Assembly: GCF_009834535.1 (NCBI RefSeq)
Contig: NC_045696.1
Location: 33,234,001-33,298,000 of the forward strand
Direction: 5' to 3'
DNA from: Camelus ferus
Lineage: Eukaryota
Length of the DNA: 64,000 bases
The notes under the pieces were generated by a model, which saw nothing but the letters and a program-made list of their open reading frames with translations, was not told the DNA's origin and searched no databases. Positions 12,954 through 26,639 of this stretch are shown here, piece by piece (the stretch's first letter is position 1; each line of letters opens with the position of its first letter). The translations under genes were made by a program, and so were the position numbers.

Positions 12954-14034
12954 ATCACAAATATTGTAGTTAGTTTCAGTGCCCAGAAAGCCTGTGTATG
13001 ATGTTTTATAAGCTTAAGTAATACAACTGCTCTTGTTAAATTGAACTAGTAGTAGAAGTAGATGGTGATCACTGGACTATACTAGCCTCTTATTAATTAA
13101 ATAATTTTAATACCTTTTAATAGTCAAATTTGCTAATCAAATATGGTATTTATACCAATTTCAAACTTATGTCCAAGTTAAAACATATTGTAAAAAAAAA
13201 GTTAAAATAAAAATGTTGCCACAACATTTACTGAGGAAATTTGGTGAAAATAATAAGGTTTCTTTGTTTGAAAGGTTTCTCTAATAATCCTGGAATAGAA
13301 AAAAATACTGTATCATCTTTAGAAAATCCTCCTTTAATTGTTCCTCCTATGGCTTCACTTTGCCATCAAGTGATCATCAGTTAAATGATAATTCAAATTG
13401 TTAATGTCAGCTTAATGCCTAAGAGTTCATGAAGAACTAAGTTAAATTGCATTCAATCAGCAATATGATAGTTTTACTATATTACAAACATGAGTGACTG
13501 GTTCTTTTCCAAAGAAACATTTTACTTCTCATTACTAAGGTCAAATTTGCATAAATAGTTATATGGTTCTTTGAAAAGGCAAAGATAGACCTATACTTTC
13601 AAATCATTTTTCTTAAGCAGTTATTAAAGTTTTATTCAAGACTGGGTAACAGCCTGAATTCTTGTCTAACAGGAAATACTCTGACATTATTCTATGTCAG
13701 AGTAGAACTATCTTGATCTGATGTAGAAAAATTTCAGTAAAAAATGAACCTTGTTCCTTTAATTTTTAGTAAAATCTACTGACAAGCTCTGTATAGCCCA
13801 CTCAACTCAAGAATAGGTTTTTACTAAAATAACTTTAGTATTTAAAAAAATAAGTAATGAGTCTTTTGCTTCTGAAAGGAAGCTTAAATTTTTGCACCAA
13901 TAAAAGGTCATTACCTAAAGTTCTGCACAGAAAAATTACATGCAAATAAATTACAGATGCTAAAATATTTGGCTTTTTATGTAAGATTTTTTTTTTTCAA
14001 ATTTGAGAATGGGCCACTAGGGGGTTTCCAATAA

Positions 14035-14135
14035 TTTCCTCATTATAAGAATTACCAGGGGGCTTGTGAAAAGTAAAGACTCTTATGTCCCACAACAAAC
14101 ATACTAAACCAGAATTTTATCAGGGAGAAATGTTT
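14035..14135. mobile_element. MER5-like hAT-Charlie DNA transposon fragment
   Basis: agaattaccagggggcttgtgaaaagtaaagactc...tactaaaccagaat resembles the MER5A arm. Confidence 0.55.
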
Positions 14136-14139
14136 ACCT

Positions 14140-14830
14140 GTTTAAAAAACTTTTTATGATAGAAAATTTCAAACATATAAAAAATATAAAGGTTAGCATA
14201 AAAAACTCAAATGCTTCATTTATCAACTCATGATGAAACAAGATAATGTTTAATACACCACATTTTCCCTTATCCTGTAAAATTTTTGTAGTAAATCCCA
14301 GACATTTATAAGTTCATCCATATACAGTTGACCTTTGAACAATTCAGGAGTTGGGGCTCCTACCCTTCCGCTGTGGAAAATCCACTTGTAACTTATAGTT
14401 AGCCTTCCATTTCTGCTCTTCCTTTGTATGCTCTGTTTGGTGTCCAGTATTGGATGGTGTAGTATGATAGTATTTACTATTGATAAAAATCTGTGTATGC
14501 ATGGACCCGAGCAATTCAAACCTGTGTTATTCAAGGGTCAACTGTATATTTCAGAATGTATCTCATAAACAAGACTCTTCTTGTAAAATGACCACAATAA
14601 CATTACCACACCTAGAAATTCACCAATAATCATTAAATATTGTTAAATATCTGGTCACTGTTCAGATTTTCCACTGATTCAGAAATGCAAATTTTTATAG
14701 TTCGTCTGAATCATGATCCAAAGATCATATAATTCCACTTGGTTTTATATCTGTGAAGTCTTTTAATCTATAAGATTTTTCCCAATCTCCCTTTTTCATT
14801 TCAATGTATTTATTAAAGATGAATATGTAT
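14140..14830 (-). mobile_element. Old L1 3'UTR fragment (L1MC5-like), interrupted by MER8
   Basis: gaaaatttcaaacata...aaatcccagacat...tatttcagaatgtatctc...accacaataacattaccacacc...gaatcatgatcca matches the reverse L1MC-type 3' end. Confidence 0.7.
14325..14544. mobile_element. MER8/Tigger2-type non-autonomous TcMar DNA transposon
   Basis: Terminal inverted repeats CAGTTGACCTTTGAACAA ... TTATTCAAGGGTCAACTG with TA target duplication on both sides; 220 bp. Confidence 0.92.
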
Positions 14831-14969
14831 ATTAATAAGAACTCCCAACGATTCGTATTAAAGAAGCTGAGGAAATTCAGAGCAGATGGATTTAGCCCAG
14901 AGTACGTGCACATGCTCTTTCTGCATTCATGTGCTTAGATTCATGGCTGCTTCCCCATAAGCCCAAGAC

Positions 14970-15110
14970 AAGGCAGTTGACCTTTCTATTATTTGTTGTT
15001 CCATGTGTAGAGCAGTGATAATACCTGTTGTCTTCTTCGCAAGGATGCTGTGAAGATTAATGAGTTAATATCGATAAAGCACTCTGAACTTGTGAGAAGA
15101 AAGGCACGTT
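14970..15110 (+). mobile_element. Very old CORE-SINE 3' remnant (MIR1_Amn/MIR-like)
   Basis: gataatacctg...aggatgctgtgaagattaatgagttaatatcgataaagcactctga...gaaaggcac resembles the recalled amniote MIR-like tail (gttgtgaggattaat...gtaaagcgctttgag...gaaaggcgc). Confidence 0.6.
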
Positions 15111-16844
15111 CGAAAAGCTTTTAAGAACCTTACAGCCCTTATAATACTCTTCTGTGGGAGACTGAGCCGTCACGTCTAGCAGATGTATACTATCCCAGGT
15201 GAATTGTGTATGTGAGGAATTAATGATGGATACAAATCAATTTCTCTCAAACTAAAAAGCTATAAATTGCTAGAAAAATGGATGGGTGGATGGATGGAGA
15301 GAGAGAGAAATACGTTATTACAGACAGGAGGAAATAACACACATTTCACCATTCGTGTGGTTAAACTGACAGTCTAAATTCCTTTGAGATTTAGCTGTAA
15401 AAGTATTGTAAAAATTTAATATAATCCTTCATCATAAATAATAAAACAAAAACTTTAATTTTATCAAATGCTAAAAACCCCAGTAGATTATAAATTTTTG
15501 TTGCCAACAAGTTCGCATTTACATAAACAAATCCTACATAATCACTGGTTTTAAAAATTTTATAGATAGTGAGGCGTCTGTATTATCATCCTATATAAAT
15601 TGTTTCTGCAGTTTAAGGGTTGTCTTGTAAATATTGAAAAGACTATAGAATTGAAAGTAGGGAAAACTCTGGGTCTAATCTTTCTAAAGCAATTAAAATG
15701 CATATAATCTGAGCATGTCACTTTACCTCTCCGAGCTAGCATTTATTCCACAGTACAGTAAGTAGGTTGTTCTTTCGACTTCTAAAACTCTATGATTAGG
15801 GGAAATGCTTTTTTATTGAGAGAAATTCTTTATTGTATTTTTATCTGTCCTTGCATTTCTGTTAAACTAAAATTAAGACTCAAAAATAATAAGAAATATG
15901 GAGAGCAACTTAAATTCAAAATCTCTCCACTCTAGTTAACTTCTGCTATTGAATTATCCATTATATGGTAGTTATTTATACAATCATAGTTGTAGGGGAC
16001 TCACCTGATTAACATCCCCTGAGTTCATAAACTTCAATAGGATTGAAGGTTTGATGCTATTTGAAATAAACTATTAAAACACAGCAAATCATTTTCTTTC
16101 AAATTACATAAAAATAATTTTTTATTCCAAAGCTCTGGCTTTCCTACTAGAAGTAATATAATTTAAAGGCTGTAAATTTAGCTGTAAATGCCTAGAATAA
16201 GCCTTCCAAATAATATTTTTAAAAGGCCTGTGTTTTTTATATAGTTAAACTTTGTTTTTGAAATTTCTGCCATGTTTAACTTAAAGAATGCTATTATTTC
16301 TATCTACTCAAATGAATGTCACATCAATAGTTTTATCTAATTCCCTATTATAGGGACAACACTCAGAAAGATTACCCTTAAGGTAATAATAAAGTTAAGT
16401 AGAATCAATGGATGTGTGTAGAAAGGAAAATTTTATTGTGTGTAGGGCACTTACATTTATGTTTCTAGCTCCATTTTGAAGTCCTTATCTTACAGGAAGA
16501 TGGACAGCAAATTGAGAATCAAGAATAGGGAAATATAAAATAAACCTGCATTAGTTAATAGAGTCAACAGGAAGACATCTAAGAAATTAAGGTCTCTGAA
16601 CAAGCCAATAGCTGACCTGTTATATGAACTTCTTGCATGGGGTTCTTACTGGGGTAAAATCAATGCCTTTATAATGCTGGGACATAGGTGCCACTTCTTG
16701 AACTGTGTGCTTTTAATCTTTTATGCATGAATTTATATAAAAGTATATATTTGTATCATAAAGTACTTGGTACTAGGCAAAACTAGGAATTTTGCCAGCT
16801 TCTCTCTTGTCCTAGGATTAATATAAAGTAAAAAAAAAAAAATT

Positions 16845-17000
16845 GCTTCCCTTTAACGATGAGGAAACCAAAGTTTTTGAGGTTCTATGGCCAGGGACAT
16901 ACGGCCATGCTTCTGTCATCCTAGTTACAGCTTCAGAGTAGTGAACTGGCTGAATATTCTAACCGTACTTTTTTTTAATCTTCAGAATCCAAGCCACTTG
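16845..17000 (-). mobile_element. MIR fragment
   Basis: gatgaggaaaccaaag...gaggtt...ggccagggacatac resembles the reverse MIR core. Confidence 0.5.
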
Positions 17001-20000
17001 CTTTTCATCCTTATATCACAATGAATAAACATCAAGGCTCCTGAATCTATAATACCCCTAGGATGCTGTAAGAACATGAGGATGCATCAAAAAGCAAAGC
17101 AAATTTGGTCACATCTCCTTGGACTCCTAACTGTCCAGTATAACAAACTCCTTGGAGCAGAGAATACGTTGTTCACTTAGTAACACAAATATAGCACCTG
17201 GTTCATAGTAAGGGTGTAAGTGGAAAAAGTGAAAAATAAAAAAGATCTGTTGACTGTTAAGTGTTTGCAACCATCAGGTTGTTGTTGATTTAACTTGTTT
17301 GGCTTCTTTCTGTTCTTTGAAACATAGTATTGTGACCTTTATTCTGCTTCATCTTTTATCCTAGAAATGGTGCACTCATTTGCCACTTGCCATGGGCATT
17401 TCCAGTAGCTCTAACCAACTTCAGTCTTAGCTCTCACATTCCCCAAAGCATATTAGAATGAGAGTAAGAAAAACTGACATTTTTATATCCTAAGTACAGA
17501 ACTATCTTTATCAATATTTTCTGTATTTTTAATTTTTCTATCAGTAACAAATTACTTGTGACTGATCTCATAGCTGTTGGAGGTCCTGTATTCAAAACCA
17601 ATGGCTGAATACTACAAATCTGAGAGGTTGAGTTCAATAACACTAGAAATCAATTAACTTCTTGGGTTATCTGACTTAACATTTCTACCACCCAACAACT
17701 GGGGCTACCTGCAGAACCAGCTCAAAACTCGAGGCGTATCTTGAAAACCATTTTTCTGGGTCACAAATGCGTCCCTGCCACTAATTTCCACAACTGCTGA
17801 TGCTGGCGGCTGCTTCACCTGCCTTTTTGCATTTTGCCTGCTCTGTTCCTAGATTACACATAGGTAGGTCTTTCTAACCTTATGAAACACTCTTCTTCAG
17901 TTGGACTTCACATGTCCATTTCAAAAATGCCTAATCACTTCATTCTCTAGAAACTGCATCTACTTTGAATTCCTTAACCTATAACTTGTGTCTCCACATC
18001 TAACTCCTCTCCTCACTCTCTCCCTGTCTTGTTCTCAATTGTGATGTGGCATATACTGTAGGGCTGCATTTTCTACCTTTATCTTGGCCTCCTGTTTTTC
18101 AAATTTTAGGGAAAGCAGCCTAAAGTACATGTTTAATAACAAAAACATTGTCATGGTGAACTTCGTATGTGTGTCAGAATTTTTTGGCTGTAATATACCT
18201 GATATTTTCTTAATGTGTACATTTATCATTATGTAAGGAAATGATTTACTTTAGAGGAATAAAGGCAGATATTTTGAGTTTTCTTTTAGTAGTAGAAAAG
18301 ATGGAGCAAATATTGTTTTGCAAAACCATATTCCAGAGCACTAATTAAAGATTTATTTCATGGACAAATAAACCACCTGCCCCTGCATTCTTTATGGAGA
18401 TGTTTTACATTTTCCAATCCCTTCTTTTACACACTCATTAATTACACAGAACAGTGCAGTTTGCATGAGACATTTTCATAAGTATGAAATATTCAGCTTC
18501 CACGGCATTGAGTCAGCATAGCCAAAATAATTATAAGTACTAACTCCGCATTGTGTAAAAGTTCAGATATGGGGAGTATGGGTATAAGTGTCTGTATGTA
18601 CATAAATCCATATAGGTATGCATGTTATAAAGAGCCATATACTTTTTTTCTTTATAATAATGTCTGTTGTTGAAAACTTTTTAAGTTAGGAAATGTTGCT
18701 TAATTTTGAAAAAACTGCCACCTTCTTTCCTACATAAAACTATGATGAATATTTATGATTAATTTTATTCACAAATATTAGTTTTATTAAAAATTCCAAA
18801 GCTTATTGTAAATGTTTGTAATAACTCCAGAGCATGTTCTCTGTAGTTTAACTTGATTTTTAAGAAAGTTATTAACTTCTATAATGTGCCTCTGTTATTA
18901 GGTTGATCAAGATGTTTCTAGAAATTATTTTTTGGGCTCTTATTTCAGATGGGTATTTGTAAATTTAAAAATGAGCAAATGCATTACTAAATAAAGCAAG
19001 TTTATAAAATATAACTAAGATAATTCTGTCACTGTTTCAAATTATCTGCTGTTTGACTACATTAACAACTCACTGAGATCCCACCCCTGCTCACTCTTCA
19101 GTTTACTGTGAAGCTATTTTTAAAAAACAAGTTCTTAAAATAATCACATGTTGACTACCAACTTCCTATAGAAACGTAACCAGAGTGCAACAAAAAACTA
19201 TCAGACTAGTGATATTTTAACAGGTTTATATTATAACTCTCATTTCCAGTAGTTTCCAGTAAAACTGCAGACTGGCTTTGATTATGGATAATTTTTAATT
19301 TTTACTTACAGTGGCTAGATAACCCTAAGTTTGATGTAAAAGGCTTCACCAGTACTACCCTCTGTCCTTGTGACACACCTGCCTGCCCGACCCCACTACC
19401 AAGCACTTATTAAGGAGGTGTCTGTAGCTGATAGCTAATCAGCCTCTGACATACCATAAAGAAAGAGTTGACACTAGTTCTAAAAAGTTTCTGCTGTCAA
19501 AAGCAGTGGGGACCTATTGGCTATGCTAGACTGTCCAATAGTATATCTTAAAAAGGTTTTAACATATAGCAAATCAGATTTGATATTGTATTGCAACATT
19601 TGGTAGGAGGTTAATTTTTAGGAAAAGTACCACTGATGGTATCTGTTTTTCAAACTCAGGACTGTCTAATCTATTTCTCTCTGCTTCAGTTTGTCACAAA
19701 CTATTATCTTATTTCCACACCTATATTTGCTCTCCTATGCTCCACATACAAACTTTAGATAAAGCATAGTTCAAAGAGCAGTCTTGTTAATTTTATCTAG
19801 CTTTAGCAAAAAGGGAAATACATTTATATTATTCTTTCAATTGTTTTTTCTCTCAAAATAGAATTCAATATAATGTTTTCCAATTTTCAGTGTTTTAAAA
19901 CAAATGATATATGTAATTGAAAATAGTGTATATGTATGTATATGTGGTATGCATATTGATATCATATATTTACATAATATGCATGCATCTGTATGTATAT

Positions 20001-20464
20001 ATTACATATTTATATGTTTATATCAAATCTTGGGTTGAAAAAAACTTAACTATTTCCCAGATCTGAAGGTCTAAAAGTCAAAACGTTATTCTCTGTAGAC
20101 TGTGAAGTGTCTGCAAAAATTTACATGCCCATGCCTTGTGTGTATGTGTGTATTTCCAATGTCTTTTAGAAGTCAGTTTTCATAAAGAAAATGTTTCTAA
20201 AAGATAGACAGCAATAGTTTAACTTCTGAACAAAGTGAACATACTACCCAGTTCTAAGCAAATCAGTTTGCAAAGCATTTCTTTGGAAAAACAACAAAAA
20301 CCTCAATTCTATTAATGAGTGTTGGTCTAAGGAGATGATGAGTTAAAAATCTGATCAACAGATAAGATGGATGATGGCAGAGCTAGTTAGTATGTCAAAG
20401 AAATGGGATGGGGAATGATGAAATGTTTCATTATGGATATGAGGATACTATAGGTTTCAAAATA

Positions 20465-21875
20465 AGAGTCGCTATCTTTGATGATGATGGAATAAGTTGT
20501 ACTGGGCTAGCTCTCCTACTGAAAACAATGTAAAAGTGAGTGTATGGATTGTATGAAATGACACTTCAGATGTAGTTCATCAAGACTGTGACCCTTGAGA
20601 GATGGGATTAATGAGTGTTAAGTTTCAGAATTATACCAGATACATTCTGAATGCACTGTCTTGACTGCAGTAAAGGAAGTGGAGGCCAAACAGTACGTGG
20701 AGGTCTCACTGAGCTCAGTGGCTCTGGATTCATAGTCACTGAGGTCATAAGAAAGAGGACAGGGGCCCTCAGTGATGGGAGCAATGCAAAGAAAGAACTC
20801 TAGAGTCTTCGTGATGTTTGTTGGCAAAAACTAAGCTGCATGTTCAAAGGGTGGGACTCTGAAAGGCCTGGTAAAGTAAAACAACTGGGGAAAAATTACT
20901 GCTGGATTTCTGTGGGGTGAACAGACACTGAGTCTCATACAGCAGTGGAGAAAGTATGAGTCTGATCCTTGAGAATAAAGAAACTTCACTGAAAAACCCA
21001 GACAACCTAGAAAGGTCATACATTTGGGTAAGTCTTATCTAACTCTCAAACAGAGACTACTCTAGATTCACTGTGTTAAAGTAAAAGGGCTCAAAAAGAT
21101 GAAGTGAGTCCTCCTTCAAGCAACTGCCAGCCTGAACAAAATGAAATACTGTATAAAAGAAAAAAATCTAGACTCTCAACAACATAGCATTCAAAATGTC
21201 CAGCATACACTAGATAAGACTATTTTACTAAGCATGCAGGTAGAGAAGCAGGAAATGTGACCCATTATCAGGGTTAAAGACAAGCCAAGAAAAATAGATT
21301 ACAAATAACAAAAATGATGGACTTAGCAAAAAAATTCATTTTAGGCTATCAGACATATCATGAAGAAAACAAAGAAGCAAATAGGAAATCTCAGATTTAC
21401 TCAAATTTACTACTAGAACCACCAACAAGAGAGAACCAAAGGAAATTCCAGAAATGTGACAAGCAATATAAGAAACAAAAATCTCACTGAATAGTATAAC
21501 AGTGTATTAGAATCTCCAAATTCCCACTGCCTCAGTGAGTTTTTAAAAAAGAGCCCAAAAAGAGTTGCTTAAACTGAAGTACAAAAAGAAAGATGAAAAA
21601 AATGAACAGATTGTCCCTCAGTGATTTATGGGACAGAAACAAGCAGTCTAAGATATGGGCAACTCGAGTACTAGAATGAGAAGACAAAGATATTCATGCA
21701 GATAAAAATATTTGGAAAATTATGATAGAATTTTTCCAAATTTGATGAAAAATTTAAACTTCTAGTTTCAAGAGACTCAACAAAATTTAGAAAAGATAAT
21801 CTGTCTCTGGCACCCGTACACACACACACACACTGACAGCCACATCATATTCAAATAGCTGAAAACCCATGAAAC
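20465..21875 (+). mobile_element. Old L1 5' region with decayed ORF1 (L1M/L1ME-type 5' end)
   Basis: Old L1 5'-end motifs, then ORF1-like gaacagattgtccctcagtgatttatgggac, aatttttccaaatttgatgaaaa and cacatcatattcaaatagctgaaaac. Confidence 0.75.
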
Positions 21876-22099
21876 AGTGCAGAGTAATTTTAACAATCAA
21901 TGGAAAACTTATGATTATTCTATAATCTTTTAAAATCAGTCAAAATGTTAAACTTTCCCACTGTCAGTTATAAATATGTAAGGAAAAAGAAAAAATAGTG
22001 CTATTAACATTTATTACACTGTAATTTAAAACACTAGATATGCCGATAAAGTATTTATTTGTAAAAAAAAAAAAAAATCTTACCAAGAATAGTTTGATA

Positions 22100-22872
22100 C
22101 TGCTTGCCCTCTTATTGTGTAGCTTATGATATAGAGTGTGTGACCTCTCTATAATTTGGCAGATTGTCACAGTCCTTTGTATGTTTAATCAGCTTTGAAT
22201 GTTTTATCCTTTGTGGCCCAACAGTTGAAATACCCATCAATATGAAGGTTTTTTTGGTCAGTGTCACTTTTTTCTGGGATCTCTTCCACTTGGTTTTTTG
22301 TTTTCGTTTTTCTGTCCCAACCATTTTTCTCATTTGTGTTAATAAATTTGCTCTCACATAAGTTCCTCTGGCTGCAAATCTAGAGTATCTTGAATAGAGG
22401 CAGTTCAACATTCCCACTGTCAGCTTTTTCTTTCTTAGCTCCGTTTACATTTGACTTAATTTTCACATTCAGCATGATCACTTGGTTTCTTTGCTGCACT
22501 TTCAGAATCGCTGGCTAAATTTCCTCTATTGATGTTCTCTTTTGGAAAATGTCAGTTTATCACTTAGAAACAGAAAAGCAATACAGCTACACACTTTGCT
22601 GTCTGTGCATGAACTAACACATGTGCAGTGACCAGTCACCAACAGACTTTGAAAGAAGTGATGTGGTTGGTCATTGATGTCATTGATCATGGTGTCCATC
22701 CATTACTTAGTGATTTGTGAACTGAAGAACTAGATTTGTACTTTATGCAAATATTCATAGTTATCATACCTTGGTAACAAATTTGAACCATGTTGTTGGG
22801 GGACTGGTGTTGTTTAAACTCTGATAAATAAAAGTTGTGCATTTTCGAACCATGCAAGGTAAGGACTGCCTT
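22100..22872. mobile_element. Tigger13a-like TcMar DNA transposon remnant
   Basis: cagtgaccagtcaccaacagactttgaaagaagtgatgtggttggtca...gtgaactgaagaactag...atttgaaccatgttgttgggggactggtg...aaccatgcaaggtaaggactgcct matches the recalled Tigger13a end. Confidence 0.8.
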
Positions 22873-23844
22873 ACTAGTTTCTAACAAAATATAGTTTATC
22901 TTTCCCAGAAATATATAATCCTTCTTCACCGTGTCTAAATACTAAACATTAAGTTAACATTACTATTAAATTTGTTCTAATTTTAGGCTGTTAAAAAGTT
23001 GACTAGATTATTACATATTAGGTACTAGTCAGTTTTTAAAACATATTTCTAGGGTAGGTCACTTTTCTGTGATATGTCACCTGTGTGAAGGGCAGCTCTA
23101 TGGTGCAACATGATTACTAACAGCCTCCTCTATATTAGCAACAAGATTTTTACAATTCCTACTTGCAACAACTAAATGGAGCATATTATCCTATTCTTAG
23201 AAGTAAATTAATATTATCAACATTGTTAACTTTTTTCTTTTAGAAAATATGATATAGTAGCTGGATCCAGAACTTTCAGAAATGAAAGGATCTGTGAAGG
23301 TAAATTATCAGGTTGAGTATTTGGATTAAGGCTTCTGAATACAGATTTTTTATTGTTGGACTATATGTTTTACCACTATTACCCCAACTCTCTATCCTAA
23401 CTTTATTTATAATCATAATAAAAACATTATTACATTTTATAGTTCTGAAGATTTTAATACCATTTATTCAATTCCATCTGACTTATTTTTATTTGCAGAT
23501 CCAATATTGAGTATATAAAGGTCTCTCCAAAGAAACCAAGCTGGTTTCAAATCAAACAGAAAGAGCCAACGGAACTTTTAATGACCTATTGAAAGCAAAA
23601 ATATCTGAAAAATTAATTTAGAGGGCAGAAGTGTAGTAAAATTTCTTACTGACTTTTTCAGATCTGGAAAACATATATACATGTGGCAGAAAGAAGGGAG
23701 AAAAATGATCTGAATGATTAAGAAAGAGTTACCCTTGTTTAAGGAAGTCTTTCCATAAAGAAGTTACACATTGAGGTGTATTTTGGAGGATAGGATTTCC
23801 CTTTTATACCCAAACCCATACTAACACTAGAAAACAACAGTAAT

Positions 23845-24050
23845 GGACACTTCCCAAGTGCTTGACCTATGGTGTCTCATTTAGTTCTCACAAAATCTTG
23901 GCTCAATAGGTACTATTATTATTCCCAATTTACAAGTATAAATTGGGACTGAGAGAAGGTATATGTAACTTGTCCCAAATTACATTACATCATTGATGAC
24001 TGTCCAGTGCTAGGATTAGAACCAAGGGAAACAGACTCTCATCTGCCATA
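23845..24050 (-). mobile_element. MIR SINE
   Basis: tctcatttagttctcaca...taggtactattattattcccaatttaca...gactgagagaagg...gtaacttgtcccaa...ggattagaacc. Confidence 0.85.
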
Positions 24051-24269
24051 TTGTCTTCAGTGCAGTAGAAGGTTTGGTAGGACCTCACTATGCTTCACGT
24101 AAAAGGTCCCCTGGGAGAAGTAGCACAGGGGCTGATAGTTAATCTCTACAGTCCACTGTTTGACAGCTTTCTAGGCTTTGAAGGGTATGATTTGTATCTT
24201 TTAATATTGAACAACTGAGTAGACCTAAACTGATCTAATATTAAGGTGGATATTTTAAAGATATTTTCT

Positions 24270-25118
24270 CATTATTTTATTGAAGGATAATTTATTATAT
24301 TAGTTTCAGGTATATAACAATGATTCAGTATTTTTACACATTACACAGTGATCATCACTGTAAGTCTAGTTACCATCTGTCACCAAAGTTATTATAATAT
24401 TATTGACTATATTCCCTATACTGTACATCGCATCCCATGAGTGACTTATTTTATAAATGGAAGTCCGTACCTCTTAATCCCCTTCACCTACTTCACCCAT
24501 TTCCCCCTTTCCTATCCCCTCAAGCAATCACTACTTTGTTCCCTGTGTCTACGAGTCTGTTTCTGTTTTGTTATATTTGTTCATTTGTTTAGTTTCTAGA
24601 TTCCACTTACAAGTGAAATCATATGGTTTTTGTCTTTGATTTATTTCACTTAGCAAAATACCCTCTAGGTCCATCCATGTTTTGGCAAACGGCAAATTTT
24701 CATTCTTTTTTTATGACTGAATGTCCTATTTCATATATATATACTGCATTTTCTTATCCATTTATCTATCAATGGACATTTAGGTTGCTTCCATTTCTTG
24801 CTATCATAACTAAATACCTGCAATGAACATTGGGGTGCATAAATATTTTCAAATTAATGTTTCCATTTTCTTCAGGTAAATACCCAAAAGTGGAATCGCA
24901 GATTATACAGTAGCTCTATTTTTAATTTTTTGAGAAATCCCCGTGTTGTTTTCCACAGTGACTGCAACAATTTACATTCCCACCAACAGTGCACAAGTGT
25001 TCCTTTATCCACACCCTTGCTGACGCTTGTTATTTGAAAAAATAGCCATTCCAGTGGGTGTGAAGTGACATCTCATTGAGGTTTTGAATTACATTTCCCT
25101 GATGATAAGTGATGTTAT
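24270..25118 (-). mobile_element. 5'-truncated L1 3' end (L1MA/laurasiatherian-type)
   Basis: Reverse L1 3'UTR and ORF2 C-terminus: tttctagattccacttacaagtgaaatcata, ggtccatccatgtt, tttacattcccaccaacagtgcacaag. Confidence 0.92.
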
Positions 25119-26442
25119 GCACACACCAGATCCTTCACATTGTCTCTTGTCTTCTCCATCTACTAGCAAATGGAAGTGAAAGATAGAGATGTACAGGTAC
25201 AGGTCTTCAAAACCTGGTATAATTTCTTACTTCCCACTAGACTCACACAAAGTACCGGTTATGTTAATATCTCTGTCCCTCATCCAACTCACAATTGACT
25301 TTTGAACAATTAATTTGTAAGTATATTATGAGCACAGATATTTTATTCAGATATCTATTCTCAGCAATATTGTAATAGTTGTTCTTAGGCTATATCTTTA
25401 TGGTTGGTCTGATTCCTTTTTTTTTTTCTCCCCACATTTTAAACTTTTCACTTGTAATGTTACTTTTACCCCTTGATGTAACAGAAAAGAAAAATCCAAT
25501 ACGTATTTATGTTTACGTTCATAGTTATTGCACACATTTTTTATCAAGTCTTGTAGTACAACGACTGTGATAACACTAGCTCTACTGGGCTACTTTATGA
25601 GGCAATAATTTTGCTGCTTATGAGTGACCTCGATTACAGTCTTATAAAACTATAGTAGAAACACTATTACCTTACTAACAGTTTTTGTTTCGATCTTTCA
25701 TTTATTTTTAAATTACATCCAGTAAAGACACAGTTAGAAGTCAAAGTTCTCCAGGCGCAGTCTAACTGAAAATCAAATTAGAAAAGTCACAAAATGAAAA
25801 TACCTTTTTTATGTGTCTTAAACATTTCCCAAATTATGTTGCTTGAACTTTCCATTATTTGGTTCACCTGGAAAATATGTGTGCCTCCTCGTTTTTTAAG
25901 TGTTATTTTGTGAAATATCTGTAAAATGAGTACTAAATTTATAATAGTAAATCATTCATAATTTATTTAGCTATTTTTAAGGTGATGATTTTGTGTCTTG
26001 AATCACTGTTTTGTTTTTGAAGTTTGAATCAAACTTCAGCATGGTCACAGGTACTTATATTTGAGACTAGGTAAATCAATGCTGTTGGATTTAAAGATTT
26101 TCTCTATCTTTAATTTCAATTTTCTCTGACTTAAAAAAAAAATTAAAAGCTGAAACATTTACTGAAGATTTGTTACTTGCAAGGAAGAATGCATCTCATC
26201 GCGGGACATTAAGAGGAACTAACTACAGAAAGCAGTTCCCAACTACACCTGGTATAAATACAGAACAGAAGCAGGCAAAAGCTGTTTGCTTTGTTTTGTT
26301 TTTGGAAACACCCTTTTCCTACATAGTGTTCATTAGATTATACATATCCAAAATAACTGATTCAACCTGGGATCTGAATAACTGAAACATTAAGGATAAA
26401 AAAATTGCTAAAATTTTTTCCTTGTAATTCAGGATTTACCAT

Positions 26443-26497
26443 TTTTAATTGAGATATAATTGGCCTATAAGTTTCAGGTGTATAACAATGATTTTTA
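26443..26497 (-). mobile_element. Short L1 3'-terminal fragment
   Basis: tttttaattgagatataattggcctataagtttcaggtgtataacaatgattt, similar to the terminus at 24270. Confidence 0.6.
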
Positions 26498-26639
26498 CCT
26501 TTGAAACATAATTTAAGATATTTCTGACATAATATTTAGGTATATTTCTCTGATTATTTAATGCAATGTAGTTCTGTAACTATTTTCCTTTAAAAATAAT
26601 GTCTTTTTCTGACTCAAATTTTATTATTTTCTTATCTTT

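Noticed and set aside
22124..22417. Lys-rich 97-aa minus-strand ORF
   Set aside because: Lies within the Tigger13a-like remnant; at most a decayed transposase fragment.
23478..23600. Good plus-strand acceptor (ctgacttatttttatttgcag) followed by a 30-codon open frame
   Set aside because: No convincing downstream donor or poly-A signal and no recognisable peptide; probably a pseudo-acceptor.
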